Of a DNA stretch of 64,000 nt, positions 21,465 through 33,900 are shown piece by piece. The DNA comes from an uncultured Gemmataceae bacterium (GTDB lineage Bacteria > Planctomycetota > Planctomycetia > Gemmatales > Gemmataceae). The notes below the pieces were generated by a model that was not told where the DNA came from, ran no database searches, and saw nothing but the letters and a program-made list of their open reading frames with translations. The stretch's first letter is position 1. Each line of letters starts with the position of its first letter. The translations under genes were made by a program, and so were the position numbers. Where the stretch lies: contig CAVVPN010000012.1 in NCBI GenBank assembly GCA_963750165.1, positions 128,001 to 192,000 on the forward strand, in the 5' to 3' direction.

Positions 21465-23873
21465 TCACGGCGCTTGCAACTGCTTCGCGAACCAGTCCGC
21501 GACCTCCGCGGGTGCGGCCGGCTCCGTCCGCAGCGTCAAGCGCTGGCCCTGCCTGGCGGCCTGGTACGCGGCCCGCGTCAGGCCGTAAGCCTGGGCCAGA
21601 TCGCCGGCGGTCGCACGCTGGTTCAGGCCGCTGACCAGCCCCTCCAGCCGAATCGCTCGCGGCGCCAGCGCCGCGGCCACGTCATCCAGATCGCCCACGG
21701 TCAGCACGCCCGGCAGCAGGGCGTCGTGCGGCAGGTACGCGAACTGGCTCTTCAGCAGCGACCGATAGCCGGTCAGGCCGCCACGGACGTAGACCGCTTT
21801 CACGTCGTCCTCGTACAGCGCGCCCAGCAGCGCCAGCAGACCGCCGAGCGGTTCCGCCTGGGTCGGCAGTTTGTCGGCGTCGAGGGGCGCCCGCACGTTC
21901 AGGCCGGCGGCGTTCTCCGGCGCGAACGAGTCGCCCCACAGGGCGATACGCTTGCTGTCGATGTCTCGCGCTCGGCGCAGGTAGACCAGCGCTGCACGCA
22001 GGTCGCGCAGCCGCGCCCCAAGGAGCGTGTCGCCCAGCATTTGCTCGGTCGCGGACAGCGAGGTGCCGGTGCTCTGGCGACCGCGGCTGCCGTCCGCCGG
22101 CCGCGTCGCCCCGGTGCCGCGCACGTCCACCAGACAGACGGCGACCTTCTGCCGCAGCAGCGCCGCAATCGTCTCCGCGCGCTGCTTCAGGAACGCAGCG
22201 GTGCCGTGCTGCGCCACCGCGACCACCACGGGCACGCGCTTCCCCTCGGGGACGTCGGGCCGCAACAGCAGGGTGGGGACCGGCATCTCGTTGCGGTCCT
22301 TCGACCGGTCTGGCTCACCTTCCAAAATCTGGGGATCTTCCGAAAAGCTCCCGTGATTGGTGGCCGGCAGCAGGTCCGCTGGCACAATCCCCACGGTCAC
22401 CTTGCCCAGCAGTTTCGCCAGGGACTGCCGCAGCTGCTTGCGTTGCTCCGCGGCGGCCAGTTTCGTCCGCTGCTGCCGCACCGCCGCCAGCCGCTCCCCG
22501 GCCAGCCGATCCGCCAACGCCACCGCCGTCAGCGGCTTCAGTTCCTGCCGCGCCGCGTCCGTCCAGCACTCCAGCTCCACGGCCTTGCGACGGTCCTGGA
22601 CCTCCGGCAGCGGCGACGTCATCTTGAACCAGTCTTTGAAGCTCTCGTAAATCGGCCGCCGGTGGATCGGGCCGATGTTGTTGCAGTGCGTGTTGTCCGG
22701 CCCCGCCTGGCCCTTGACGCTGCCCTTGCCCTTCGTCCACGACAGTTTGTCCGCCGCGCCGTACCAGCCGTAAATGGTTTCGAAGCGTTGCCACACCGGG
22801 TCGCGGCCCTCGTCCCAGGCGAACTCGTGGGCGTAAACCAGCGGCCGCGGCGCCGTCGCGGCGACGATCACCCACGGCAGAAAACCGTCGCGCCCGGACA
22901 GGCGCAGGTTGCGCGTCGATTCCCAGCTGCCGCCGCCCAGGTAGTTGAACTTCGCCTCCGCGTCCTTCGGCAGCGGCAGCGTCGTCTCCGGTTGCGGGCC
23001 GCCGAAGTTGAACGGCACCGCGGCGCGGATGCGGTTGTCCAGCGCCGCCGCCACCGCGCACGGGTCGCCGCCGCCGGCCACCGAGCCCAGCAAAATAATG
23101 CGGTCCCGGTCGATGCCCTGCTTGCCGAACAGCAGATCGACGCCGCGCATCAGGTCCCACACCATCCAGCCAATTTGACTGTCGCCGATCAGGTGCAGCT
23201 GGTTGCCGACGTTGTAGCGGAAGTAGTAATCCTGGCGGCCGACCTTGAACGGCCCCGGATACTTGCCCGCGTCCGTGAACAGGTGCTGCCGCCGTTCGCC
23301 GTGGCCGAGCTGGTCGGGGATCAACACCAGGCAGCCTTGCCGCGCCCAGTTCACGCCCATGTCCTGCAGTTCGCCCTGCGTCTTCGGGTTGTGGTGGCTG
23401 TGGATGATGATGATTCCCGGCATCGCCGCGGCCGGCTTGGCTGGCGAATACAGGTTCGCCGTCACCCACAGACCGGGACGGCTCTCGTACAGCAGGTTCT
23501 CGATTTGGTAGCCGTCGCCCTTGAGCGTCTTCGTGACGCGGACCTTCAGTTCCTTCGGCGCCTCCGGCCACACCATCAGCGACTCACGCAGCGCCTTGAT
23601 TTTCGCGTCGCGGAACTTCTCCCAGTCCGCCTTGCCCTTGAGGGCCTTCCAGGCGTCGGTGCTCTTGCGGTTCGCCTCGACGCGACGCTGCTTGATGAGC
23701 TGCGCCAGCGCCGCCTGCGCTTCCTTCGCCTGGACGCTGCCGGGCTCGTAGGGGCTCGGCTTGAGGGCCTGGATTTTTTTGGTCAGCTCGGCCAGGGCCT
23801 TGTCGTCCTGGGCACGGGCCTGGCTCGATGGGAACGCGAGGAGGGCGGCGAGCAGCAACGGAGAGCACTTCAT
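21465..23873 (-). CDS. Secreted two-domain alpha/beta-hydrolase (acetylxylan esterase/DLH-like)
   Basis: Signal peptide; IENLLYESRPGLWVTANLY; DQLGHGER; LLGSVAGGG; second module VDVRGTG...IALWGDS. Confidence 0.75.
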   Translation of the reverse strand: MKCSPLLLAALLAFPSSQARAQDDKALAELTKKIQALKPSPYEPGSVQAKEAQAALAQLIKQRRVEANRKSTDAWKALKGKADWEKFRDAKIKALRESLMVWPEAPKELKVRVTKTLKGDGYQIENLLYESRPGLWVTANLYSPAKPAAAMPGIIIIHSHHNPKTQGELQDMGVNWARQGCLVLIPDQLGHGERRQHLFTDAGKYPGPFKVGRQDYYFRYNVGNQLHLIGDSQIGWMVWDLMRGVDLLFGKQGIDRDRIILLGSVAGGGDPCAVAAALDNRIRAAVPFNFGGPQPETTLPLPKDAEAKFNYLGGGSWESTRNLRLSGRDGFLPWVIVAATAPRPLVYAHEFAWDEGRDPVWQRFETIYGWYGAADKLSWTKGKGSVKGQAGPDNTHCNNIGPIHRRPIYESFKDWFKMTSPLPEVQDRRKAVELECWTDAARQELKPLTAVALADRLAGERLAAVRQQRTKLAAAEQRKQLRQSLAKLLGKVTVGIVPADLLPATNHGSFSEDPQILEGEPDRSKDRNEMPVPTLLLRPDVPEGKRVPVVVAVAQHGTAAFLKQRAETIAALLRQKVAVCLVDVRGTGATRPADGSRGRQSTGTSLSATEQMLGDTLLGARLRDLRAALVYLRRARDIDSKRIALWGDSFAPENAAGLNVRAPLDADKLPTQAEPLGGLLALLGALYEDDVKAVYVRGGLTGYRSLLKSQFAYLPHDALLPGVLTVGDLDDVAAALAPRAIRLEGLVSGLNQRATAGDLAQAYGLTRAAYQAARQGQRLTLRTEPAAPAEVADWFAKQLQAP

Positions 23874-23901
23874 GGGGTGGTCCTTCGGAAGCGGTTTCTT
23901 C

Positions 23902-23962
23902 GTTCGTAGTTCCGCCTTCAGGCGGGTTTGGGCGAAGACCGCCTGAAGGCGGAACTACGAAC
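23902..23962. repeat. GTAG-type REP doublet (GTAGTTCCGCCTTCAGGCGG)
   Basis: GTTCGTAGTTCCGCCTTCAGGCGG ... CCGCCTGAAGGCGGAACTACGAAC. Confidence 0.88.
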
Positions 23963-23965
23963 CAA

Positions 23966-24064
23966 GGAGGCGCCGAACAACAACTTCGTAGGACGGCTCT
24001 CCAGAGCCGTCGGGACGGCTCTGGAGAGCCGTCCTACTCTTGGAAGTTGTTGTTCGGCGCCTCC
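23966..24064. repeat. GTAG-type REP doublet (GTAGGACGGCTCTCCAGAGCCGTC) nested in 22-bp outer arms
   Basis: Core at 23988-24037; outer arms GGAGGCGCCGAACAACAACTTC and GAAGTTGTTGTTCGGCGCCTCC. Confidence 0.9.
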
Positions 24065-25737
24065 CAAGACAGCACGCTCACTGCTTCGGCTGGTTCTTGT
24101 CGGCGTCCGGCCGCGCGCTGCGCCTGGACGGCGAACGCCCGCACCGCGCTCGGGTCCAGGTGGATCCGCAGCCGCAGCGCCTCGCCGCCTTGCAGCCTGC
24201 AGCGGATTTTACCCTCGCCGTTGGGGCCGAACAACTGGTCCAGCTTTTTTTCCAGCCCCGGGTGCTCCTTCGCACGCAGCTCCGCCAGGCGGCGCAGCGA
24301 CAACTCGAAGTGCATCGGCTCCGCCGGCCCCGTCGGCGCCTGCAGCGCTTCCCGGAGCGACTTCAGGGCGTCGTCGCCCACGGCCAGGAACAGCGCGTCC
24401 GGTCGGTAGGCCACGTACATCGGCCCGGTGCCGAACACCTCCTGGCACTCCTTCGGCAGCGCCTGGCCCAGGTCCAGCCGGTGAATGCCAACGGTGCCGG
24501 ACTGGTCCACGCCGTACTTGAACTTTGCCTTCTCCGCTTCCGGCAGCGCCCGCACCAGGGCGTCCACCGTTTTCTTCACTTTTGCCGGGCTTTTCATCGC
24601 GCGAGCCGCCACCAGGGTGTAACGGCCTGCCTTGTCAGGGCCGCGCAGCACAAACGCGCCGTTGATGTGCCGCGTACTGACCGCCGGCGCCAGCGACAAC
24701 AAGAGGTCGCCCACCTCCTCCTTCGGGTCGCCCTCCTTCAGCTTCGCGCGGGCCTTTTTCGCGGCCGCTTCCAGCACCGGGTTCACCGCCTTGCGCAGCC
24801 GCTTCGACAGCGTGAACGACACCATACCGGCGGCGGCCGCGTCCGCCTTGAACAGCCCCGGAACGGTGCTGGTCGTTTTGTCCATCTTCGCGAGCATCTC
24901 GGCCAACCGGGTGCCCGCTTTCGGCGTCAGCGTGACGTTCACCTGCAACCCGTGCTGCCCCGGCCCCGCGTCCAGCTCGGCGTCCAGTTCCTTGCCGTCA
25001 TTCACCAGCGACGCGAAGCAATGCCGCAGCTCGTCCCCGAACAGCTGGCGGAACTTCTGGTGCGTTTCCGCCCAGAGCCCGGTCTGGGTATGCGATTCCG
25101 GGCACATGCTCTGCCCGAGGCCGCGCAGCATGAAGGTGTTCACGATGCGCTCACGGGCCTGTTCCGGGAAGCGGTCCAGGTGCATGGTGACCGACAGGGC
25201 CGCCTTCTGGTTCGGCAGGAACAGCACCTTCGGACTCAGCACGCGGTCGCGGGCCACCAGGCCGGGGCCGCTCAGCGCGAAGTAGCCGTAGCCGTTCGCC
25301 ACTCGCAGGTCGCCCTGCTTCGACACCCCCTTCGCCTTGAGAATGTACAGGTGGTCATCCGTCCCCGGCCGCACGTCAAGGCCGAGGGTGCGGAGCGTCT
25401 CCACGAACTGCTTCTCATCGGACACCGGGATCATCAGCACATCCGGCGGCTGGCTCGCGTCCAGCAGCTTGTTGCTGAAGACGTACATGCCGAGCGGCCG
25501 CTTGGCATCGACGCCCTTGAGATCCTTGAGGCTGGTGAGGTGCTTCGCGGCCAACCACTGGCCGGCGAGGTGGTTGCCGGTCAGGCAGGACATCAGGTGC
25601 AGGCCCCTGTCCACCGTCGCCAGTGAACGGACCCGGACAACAATCGCGGGCTTGAGTTGGTCGTCACCGGCGTGGGCCAGCGCCGGAGCGGCGAACAGGG
25701 CAGCAACGGTCAGACAGGGCAACCAGTGCGTGCGCAT
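24034..25737 (-). CDS. Secreted hypothetical protein (planctomycete type)
   Basis: GGAGG SD; signal peptide ending ALAHA; GVDAKRPLGMY; its TAG stop lies inside the REP. Confidence 0.75.
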   Translation of the reverse strand: MRTHWLPCLTVAALFAAPALAHAGDDQLKPAIVVRVRSLATVDRGLHLMSCLTGNHLAGQWLAAKHLTSLKDLKGVDAKRPLGMYVFSNKLLDASQPPDVLMIPVSDEKQFVETLRTLGLDVRPGTDDHLYILKAKGVSKQGDLRVANGYGYFALSGPGLVARDRVLSPKVLFLPNQKAALSVTMHLDRFPEQARERIVNTFMLRGLGQSMCPESHTQTGLWAETHQKFRQLFGDELRHCFASLVNDGKELDAELDAGPGQHGLQVNVTLTPKAGTRLAEMLAKMDKTTSTVPGLFKADAAAAGMVSFTLSKRLRKAVNPVLEAAAKKARAKLKEGDPKEEVGDLLLSLAPAVSTRHINGAFVLRGPDKAGRYTLVAARAMKSPAKVKKTVDALVRALPEAEKAKFKYGVDQSGTVGIHRLDLGQALPKECQEVFGTGPMYVAYRPDALFLAVGDDALKSLREALQAPTGPAEPMHFELSLRRLAELRAKEHPGLEKKLDQLFGPNGEGKIRCRLQGGEALRLRIHLDPSAVRAFAVQAQRAAGRRQEPAEAVSVLSWEAPNNNFQE

Positions 25738-25930
25738 GACGGTTCCTCCAGGATGCGTGAGAGTGGGCGGAACAAGGAGGAGCGTGCAAACATCATGCCC
25801 GCGGGACCCAGATCCGTGCCACGGTCCCCAGCGCCGGCGTGCCAGGCGCGAGCGCCGCTATTTGGGACTTGCTTCCGCCCGCTTGTGCAGCGCCGCGCGG
25901 CTGGCCGGCCAACTCCGTTATGTGCTGGGT

Positions 25931-28900
25931 TCAGGGCTTTTTCCCCCCTTGCTTCTGCGACTGCTTGAGCGCCGCGCGTTCCTTGGTCCACCGGGCCACG
26001 GCGTCTGGCTGGCCCAACGCCTCGTACAACCGCACCAGCCGCTCGACCGCCTCGACCAGACGCACCTGCCCTGGCGGCGGAATTTGCGCCTGCTGCTGTT
26101 TCATCCCCTCGTACCCCTTGAGCAGCAACGGTTCGGCGTCCGCGTACTTCTTCTGGCCCAGCAGCACCCCGCCCAGAATCGACCGTGTGTTGGCCGTCGT
26201 CCAGGCGTCCGGCTGGGTCTTCTCGCGGAGGGCCAAACACTCGCGCAACAACGGTTCGGCATCGTCCCAGCGCTGCAATTGCAGCAACGCGAAGCCGCCC
26301 TGGGCGAGCACGCCCGCCAACTGCGGACTGTCCTTGGGCCACCGCTTGCGCGCCACCGGCAACGCCTCCGGGAGCAACTGGGCGAGTTTGCCGTGCTCGC
26401 CCGCCAACGTATAGGCCTCCAGCAAGGGCAGCACGACCCAGGTCAATTGGGGCACTTTCGGACTGCCCCGATGGGCTGCTTCGAGCAGCGGCAGCGCCTC
26501 CTGGAAGCGGCCCGCGTCCTTGTAGCTCACCCCCAGGTTGGCCTTGGCCCGCAGCGTGTCCGGGTGGTTGGCGCCGTCCTTCCTGGCCAGTCGCGTTTTC
26601 AGCACTTCCTCAAACACCGGGATGGACTTGTCCAGTTGCCGCAGTTGCCAGTACACCACGCCGAGTTGGGTCAGGCTGTTCAAGGTCTCGGCGTGGTCGG
26701 GACCGAGGCGGGCTTTGCGGAGTTTCACGACCTCGACCAGCAGCGGCAGGGCCAGTTCTCGCTTGCCGGCTTTCAGATGCGCCTGTGCCTGTTGGTGTTT
26801 GGCGGTCTCGTCCTTGACCTGTTTTTCCTCCTTGGTTTGCGGCGCTTGCTCGCGGACGGTCAGGGTGAAGGCGCCGCGGCCTGCGTTTCGGAACGAGCTG
26901 GCCTCGATGCGGTAGGTGTCGTCCTGGGGCGCGCGGAAGACGATGCGCGCGTTCAGGTTGTCGGGGGCGATGTCGTCGTTTTCTGCCAGTTGCTTGCCCG
27001 CGGCATCATAAAGGAACAGGTACGGATCGAGAGCTTTCGTGTCGGGGCTGACCATGTGGATGTCGTAGGTCTTGCCGGCCAGCAACTTCACCTGGTAGAG
27101 GAGTGCCGGCGTCTGGGCATCCAGTTGGCCCTGGAGTCGCAACCCCTTGCCGACCTCGTGGACCGGGCCGGCCAGTTTGCCCGTCGCCTGCTCCGCCTGC
27201 TTTTGCAGCGCCGCCACGTCGGCCCAGAGTTGGGTGAACCCCGCCCGTTCCTCCGCGTCCAGTTTGGCCAGCGCCGCCGCGTCACGGAGGCTGGCCAGGT
27301 CGCGGTCCTGCTGCCAGTGCTGGAGCATCTGCCGCACGAACGGGCGGGCGCTGACCGGGCCGCTCGCGATCAGTTTGGCGTGCGCGGCCAGGTCGGCGCG
27401 CAGCCAGTCGAGCGCCTGCCGGCGCAGGCGGGCCTTCTCCGTGTCGTCGAGTTGGGCGGCGTCCTCGCCCTGGCCGGCGGCGGCCAGCGCGGCGGAACAG
27501 GCGGCGTTGTAGCGGAACGAGGCTTGCAGGTTGTCGGCCAATTTGGAGGAGTCGGCGAAGGCGTCCGCGGACAGGCGTGCCGCGGCGGCGTGCAGTCGTT
27601 TTAACTTACACAGCATCGCGAAAACCAGGCTCTCATCGGCGGAGGAGGGCTGGGATTCTTTTTGGAGGAGGCGCGGCAAGCGCTCCTCCAGCTTCAGGAA
27701 ACGCTCACAGAGCTGCAACTGCTTGGTGACAAGCGCGCGCAGGGGGTCCCGTTCGGGGAGCAGTTTGAGGGCGCGGGCCGAGGCGTCGCGGGCCTCGCCA
27801 AAGCGGCCCGTGGCGAGCAAGGCCCTCCCGAGGCCTCCGTGGGCATGGGCGAGTTTCGGGTCGAGGGCGATGGACTTTCGGTAGCTGGCGATGGCCTCCT
27901 CCAACTGGCGCTTGTCAAACAGCGCAGTGCCCAGATTGGAGTGGGCCTTGGCGTGCTTCGGGTCGAGGGCGATGGCCTTTCGGAAGCTGGCGATGGCCTC
28001 CTCCACCTGACCCTTAGCGCACAGCGCAATGCCCAGGTCACTGTGGGGCCCGGCGTACTTCGGGTCGAGGTCGATGGCCGTGCGGTAGCAGGCGATGGCC
28101 TCCTCCACCTGACCGTTGACCCGCAGCGCATTGCCCATGTTGTAGTGGGCCGGGGCGTACTTCGGGGCGATTGCGATGGCCTTTTGGTAGCTGGCGATGG
28201 CCTCCTCCAATTGGCCCTTGTCCTGCAGCGCATTGCCCAGGCTGTAGTGGGCCAGGACGTGTTCCGGGTCGATTGCGATGGTCGCGCGGAAGCTGGTGAT
28301 GGCCTCCTCCACCTGGCCATTGGCAACCAGCGCAAGGCCCAGGCTGTAGTGGGCCGGGGCGTTGTCCGGGTCGATTGCGATGGTCGTGCGGAAGCTGGCG
28401 ATGGCCTTCTCCACCTGGCCCTTGGCCCGCAGCGCAAGGCCCAGGTACATGTGGGCCTGGGCGCGCGTCGGGTCGATTGCGATGGCCTTTTGGTAGCAGG
28501 CGATGGCCTCCTCCAACTGGCCCTTGCCTTGCAGCGCAAGGCCCAGACCGGCGTGGTCCGAGGCGTATTTCGGGTCGAGGGCGATGGCCGCGCGGTAGCA
28601 GGCGATGGCCTCCTCCAACTGGCCCTTGGCCCGCAGCGCATTGCCCAGGTTAGCATGGGCACGGGCGAACTTCTTGTCGATTGCGATGGCCGTGCGGTAG
28701 CAGGCGATGGCCTCCTCCAACTGGCCCTTGGCCCGCAGCGCAGCGCCCAGGTTGCTGTGGGGCAGGGCGTATTTCGGGTCGAGGGCGATGGCCGTGCGGT
28801 GGCAGGCGATGGCCTCCTCCACCTCGCCCTTGTGATGCAGTGCAGCGCCCAGGTTGGCGTGGGCGATACTGCTTTTGGGGGCGACCCCGACCGCCGCCTG

Positions 28901-30963
28901 ATACCAGCGCAGGCTCTCCTCGACCTCCTCCCGGAACCTGTTGGTGGAGGGGAGCCCCAGGGCCATGAGCAGCCCCAGGTCCCCCGGGCGTTGCCTCACC
29001 GCCACCCGCAACAGTTCCCGACTCCGCTTCTCCGGCAAATCCCGGATCTCGCTCAGAAAGGCCACGAACCCCGGCGGCTGCTCCGCTGCCTGTGCTTGCC
29101 CCCCTAATGCCACCAACTTGTCCCGGTCCTGCGCCATCAGGGCATCGCGTACCGCGTCCCGATACGCATCCGGGTCGGCCCCCTGCAGCACCTCCCGCAC
29201 CCACGGCAGCTGCTCCACCCGCAGCCACCAATCCAGGGCAGACACCAGCCGCTCCCGCACCGCCGATTGGGACACGCGCGCCGCCGCCTCCCGCGCCGAG
29301 GCCGACGCGGGACTCAGGCCGAATTGCTTCAGCACGGCACGGAACCTGGCACCCACCGCCGCCGGGTCCGGCAACTTTTGGTCGTCCACCGTCCAGCGGA
29401 ACTGATCCACTTTATCCAGTTCTTGCAACCACGTCAGGTCTTCCCCGAGCCGGGCACGCCGCCCGTCCAGCGCCTCCGCCCCGCCCTCGTCCGCCCGCTT
29501 CTGCGCCGCCTGCAACAACACCGCGGCCTTGGCCGCATCACGGGCCTGCAACGCCTCCGTGGTCTGGTCGAGCAGCCCCGCCACCGCCTCGGCGTTGCGC
29601 TGCTGCCGCTCCTGTTCGGCCACCGCTCCCGTCAAATAGATGATCGCGCCCACGGCGCCGCCCAGCACGGCCAGCAGCACCGTCGCCGCCAGCGCCACCG
29701 TCAGCCGCCGCCGCTTGCCCTCTTCCCGGGCCTTGGCCTGGGCCGCCGCCTCGGCCAGTTCCGCCTGGCGCAGGCGCTCCTGCACCCCATCCAGGTAGGC
29801 CGTTAGAGCCGCCGCCACCGCGTTCGCGTCCGCCGGCCGGTCCACCGCCTCGGGGGACAGGCACGCCTTCGTCAGGGCGACCAGTTCCGCGTCCGCCCCG
29901 CAGCCGTCCAGGCGCGCCGTGGCGTCCGCCAGGTCGCCGTTGGCCGCCTTGCGCCGCACCTCCTCGGAAGACCGGCCCACGTAGGGCGGCTTGCCGGTCA
30001 AGACCTCGCACAGGATCGCGCCCAGGCCGAAGACATCGGCGCGGCGGTCGAGGGTGGCCACCGCGCCGTTGGCCTGCTCGGGCGGCATGTACGCCGGCGT
30101 GCCCAGAAGCGTGCCGGCCTCCGTGTCCGAACCACCGCCCGAAGAGCCGCTGCTGCGCGCCGTGCGGATCTGCGTGCCGTCGTCCTGGTGTTGCCGGCTG
30201 GCGCGCTCCTCGTCGGCGATGCCGCCCTCGGCCAGCACCTTGGCCAGGCCCCAGTCCATCACCTGCACCTCGCCGAACGACCCCACCATGATGTTCGCCG
30301 GCTTCAGGTCGCGGTGGATCACGCCCTTGGCGTGGGCGTACGCCAGCGCCTGCGCCACCTGCAACGCCACCGCCAGGAAGCGCGGCCGGTCGGCGCTCAG
30401 ATCGGGTCGCGCGGCCAGCAGCGCCGCCAGCGTCTGGCCCTTGACCAGCTTCATGGTGAAGAACGGGCGCTCGCCGAAGCGGCCGACGTCGTAGACGGGC
30501 ACGACGCCGGGGTGCTGCAGCTGGCCGCCGATCTGCGCCTCTTCCAGGAAGCGGCGCACCACCTCGGGGCGGTCGGCGTGCTTCTCCAGCAGGACCTTGA
30601 CGGCCAGGTCGCGGCCCAGGTCCACGTCACGGCCGCGCAGTACCGCGCCCATGCCGCCGCGGGCGATCTCGCCAAAGAGTTGGTAGCGGTCCCCGGTCTG
30701 CTCCGGCGGCGGCAGGGCGTCGGAGTGCGGCTTGACGACGTGGGCGCTCTCGCCCTCGGCTTCCTTGAGTAGCACCGGTCGCTGCGCCGCGCCAGGCTCG
30801 AGCGCGGCGCCGCCGCCGGGCCGAAGGCAGCGGCCAGGCCGGCGTCGAGCGCGTCGGCGGGGGCGGAGGGCTCATCGACGGTGCGGTTGTCGTCGTGCAG
30901 TTCCGCCCCAGGAGGGGTCGGCGGCTTGTCCGTCGTGCGCTGGGGATCGTGGGCTTGGTTCAT
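25931..30963 (-). CDS. Membrane Ser/Thr kinase with TPR array, PPC-like domain and C-terminal TPRs (copy B); apparent frameshift(s) ~30780-30800
   Basis: [39 protein letters not shown] segment; ten tandem TPRs plus cap; LDPYLFLYDAAGKQLAENDD. Start MNQAHD overlaps the upstream stop (ATGA). Confidence 0.9.
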
Positions 30964-33900
30964 GGCATTTTCTCCCCTTGCTTCTGCGACTGCTTGAGCG
31001 CCTTGCGTTCCTTGGTCCACCGGGCGACGGCGTCTGGCTGGCCCAACGCCTCGTACAAGCGCACCAGCCGCTCGACCGCCTCGACCAGACGCACCTGCCC
31101 TGGCGGCGGAATTTGCGCCTGCTGCTGCTTCATGCCCGCGTACCCCTTGAGCAGCAACGGTTCGGCGTCCGCGTACTTCTTCTGGCCCAGCAGCACCCCG
31201 CCCAGCATCGACCGTGTGCTGGCCGTCGTCCAGACCTCCGGCTGGGTCTTTTCGCGGAGGGCCAAACTCTCGCGCAACAACGGTTCGGCATCGTCCCAGC
31301 GCTGCAGGTGCAGCAACGCCATGCCGCCCTGGGCGAGCACGCCCGCCAACTGCGGACTGTCCCTGGGCAGCAGCTTGCGCCACCGGCACCGCCTCCGGGA
31401 GCAACTGAGCGAGTTTGGCGTGCTCGCCCGCCAACGTATAGGCCTCCAGCAACGGCAGCACGACCCAGGTCAATTGAGGCACTTTCGGACTGCCCCGATG
31501 GGCTGCTTCGAGCAACGGCAGCGCCTCTTTGAAGCGGCCCGCGTCCTTGTAGCTCACCCCCAGGTTGGCCTTGGCCAGCAGCGTGTCCGGGTGGTTGGCG
31601 CCGTCCTTGGCCTGTCGCGCCTTCAGCACTTCCTCGAACACCGGGATGGACCTGTCCAGTTGCCGCAGTTGCCAGTACACCACGCCAAGTTGGTTCAGGC
31701 TGTTCAAGGTCTCGGCGTGGTCGGGACCGAGGCGGGCTTTGCGGAGTTTCACGACCTCGACCAGCAGCGGCAGGGCCAGTTCCCGCTTGCCGGCTTTCAG
31801 GCGCGCCAGCGCCTGTTGGTGTTTGGCGATCTCGTCCGCGAGCTGCTTTTCCTCCTTGGTTTTTTCTGCCTGCTCGCGGACGGTCAGGGTGAAGGCGCCG
31901 CGGCCGACGTTGAACGAGGAGGCCTCGATGCGGTAGGTGCCGTCCTGCTGAGAGCGGAAGACGATGCGCGCGTTGAGGCCGCCGCCGCTGTCGTCGTCTT
32001 CGGCCAGCTTCTTGCCCGCGGCATCAAAAAGGCGCAGGTACGGATCGAGAGCTTTCTGGTCGGGGCTGACCATGTCGATGACGTAGGTTTTGTCGGCCAG
32101 CAACTTCACCTGGTAGCGGAGTGCTGGGGTCTGGGCATCCAGTTGGCCCTGGAGTCGCAACCCCTTGCCGACCTCGTAGACCTGGCCGAGCATTTTGCCC
32201 GTCAGTTGCTCCGCCTGCTTTTGCAGCGCCGCCACGTCGGCCCAGAGTTGGGTCAACGCCGTCCGTTCCTCCGCGGCCAGTTTGTTCAGGGCCGCCGGGT
32301 TGCGCAGGCCGGCCAGGTCGCTGTCCTGCTCCCAACGCACAAGCGTTCTCAGCACGAACGGGCGGGCGCTGACCGGGCCGCTCGCGACCAGCTTGGCGTG
32401 CGCGGCCAGGTCGGCACGCAGCCAGTCGAGCGCCTGCTTGCGCAGGCGGGCCTTCTCCGTGTCGTCGAGTTTGCCGGCGTCCTCGCCCTGGCCAGCGGCG
32501 GCCAGCGCGGCGGCACGCGCGGCGTCGTAGCGGTGCTGGGCCGGCAGGTTGCCGGCCAGTTTGGGGTTGTCCGCGAACGCGGCGGCGAAGAAGCGCTCGG
32601 CGGCGGCGTGCAGCCGTTTGAGTTGACACAGCCGCGCGACCGCCAGGCTCTCCAGGGCGGTGGCGGGCTGATCTTCCCCCTTGAGCAGGCGCGGCAACCG
32701 CCCCTCCAGTTTCAGGAAGCGCTCACAGGTTTGCAGCTGCTGGGACACAACCGAGCGCAGGGGGTGCTGCTTGGGGAGCTGTTCGAGGGCACGGGCCAAA
32801 GCGTCGCGGGCCTCGACGAAGCGGCCCGTGTCGAGCAAGGCCTTCCCGAGGCCTGCGCGGACGTTGGCGAGTTTCGGCTCGAGGGCGACGGCTGTGCGGA
32901 AGCTGACGATGGCCTCCTCCAGCTGGCCCTGGTCATACAGCGTCTGGCCTAGGTTGCCGTGGGCGATGGCGTACTTCGGGGCGAGGGCGATGGCCTGCTT
33001 ATGACAGGCGATGGCCGCGTCCAACTCGCCCTTGTAATACAGCGCAATGCCCAGGTTGGTGTGAGCCGAGGCGAGGTTCGGGGCGAGGGCGATGGCCTGC
33101 TTAATGCAAACGATGGCCTCCTCCAACTCGCCCTTTTGCTGCAGCGCCGCGCCCAGCATGTTGTGGGCCCAGGAGTGTTTCGGGTCGAGTTTGATGGCCG
33201 TGCGGTAACTGGCAATGGCCTCCTCTTGCTGGCCCTTGTCCCGCAGCGTATTGCCCAGGTTGTAGTAGGCCATGGCGTTCTTCGGGTTGAGGGCGATGGC
33301 CCGCTTGTAGCAGGCGATGGCCTCCTCCCGCTGGCCCTTGAGATCCAGCGCAGCGCCCAGGTTGGTGTGGGCCATGAAGTCCTTCGGGGCGAGGGCGATG
33401 GCCGTGCGGCCACTGGCGATGGCCTCCTCCAGTTGGCCCTTCTCATACACCAGCGCATAGCACAGGTTGGAGTGGGCGTTGGCGTGCTTCGGGTTGAGGG
33501 CGATGGCCCGCTTGTAGCAGGCGATGGCCTCCTTCACCTGGCCCTTGGCCCGCAGCGCAATGCCCAGGCTGTTGTGGGCGGCACTGTTTTTAGGAGCGAC
33601 CCCGACCGCTGCCTGATACCAGCGCAGCCGCTCCTCGATGCCTTCCTTACTTTTGGTGGCGTAGATGGGAATGGCGGGGTAGGTGCGGCCCAGGGCCATG
33701 AGCAGCCCCAGGTCCCCCGGGCGTTGCCCCACCGCCACCCGCAACAATTCCCGACTCCGCTCCTGCGTCAATGCCCCGCTCTCGCTCAGCAGGGCCACGA
33801 ACCCCGGCGGCTGCTCCGCCGCCCGCGCTTGCCCCCCCAACTCCGCCACCTTGTCCATGTCCTGCGCCAGCAGGGCGTCGCGCACGGCGCCCCGGTACTC

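Noticed and set aside
25790..25930. Possible integron attC site (ACATAAC on the minus strand) or start of a third kinase copy (LNPAHN vs MNQAHD)
   Set aside because: No matching GTTRRRY end or convincing stem; similarity to the kinase start is too short.
27750..33590. 102-bp tandem repeats considered as a CRISPR array or DGR template/variable pair
   Set aside because: They are in-frame TPR coding repeats without spacers. There is no cas or reverse transcriptase gene, and differences are not visibly adenine-specific.
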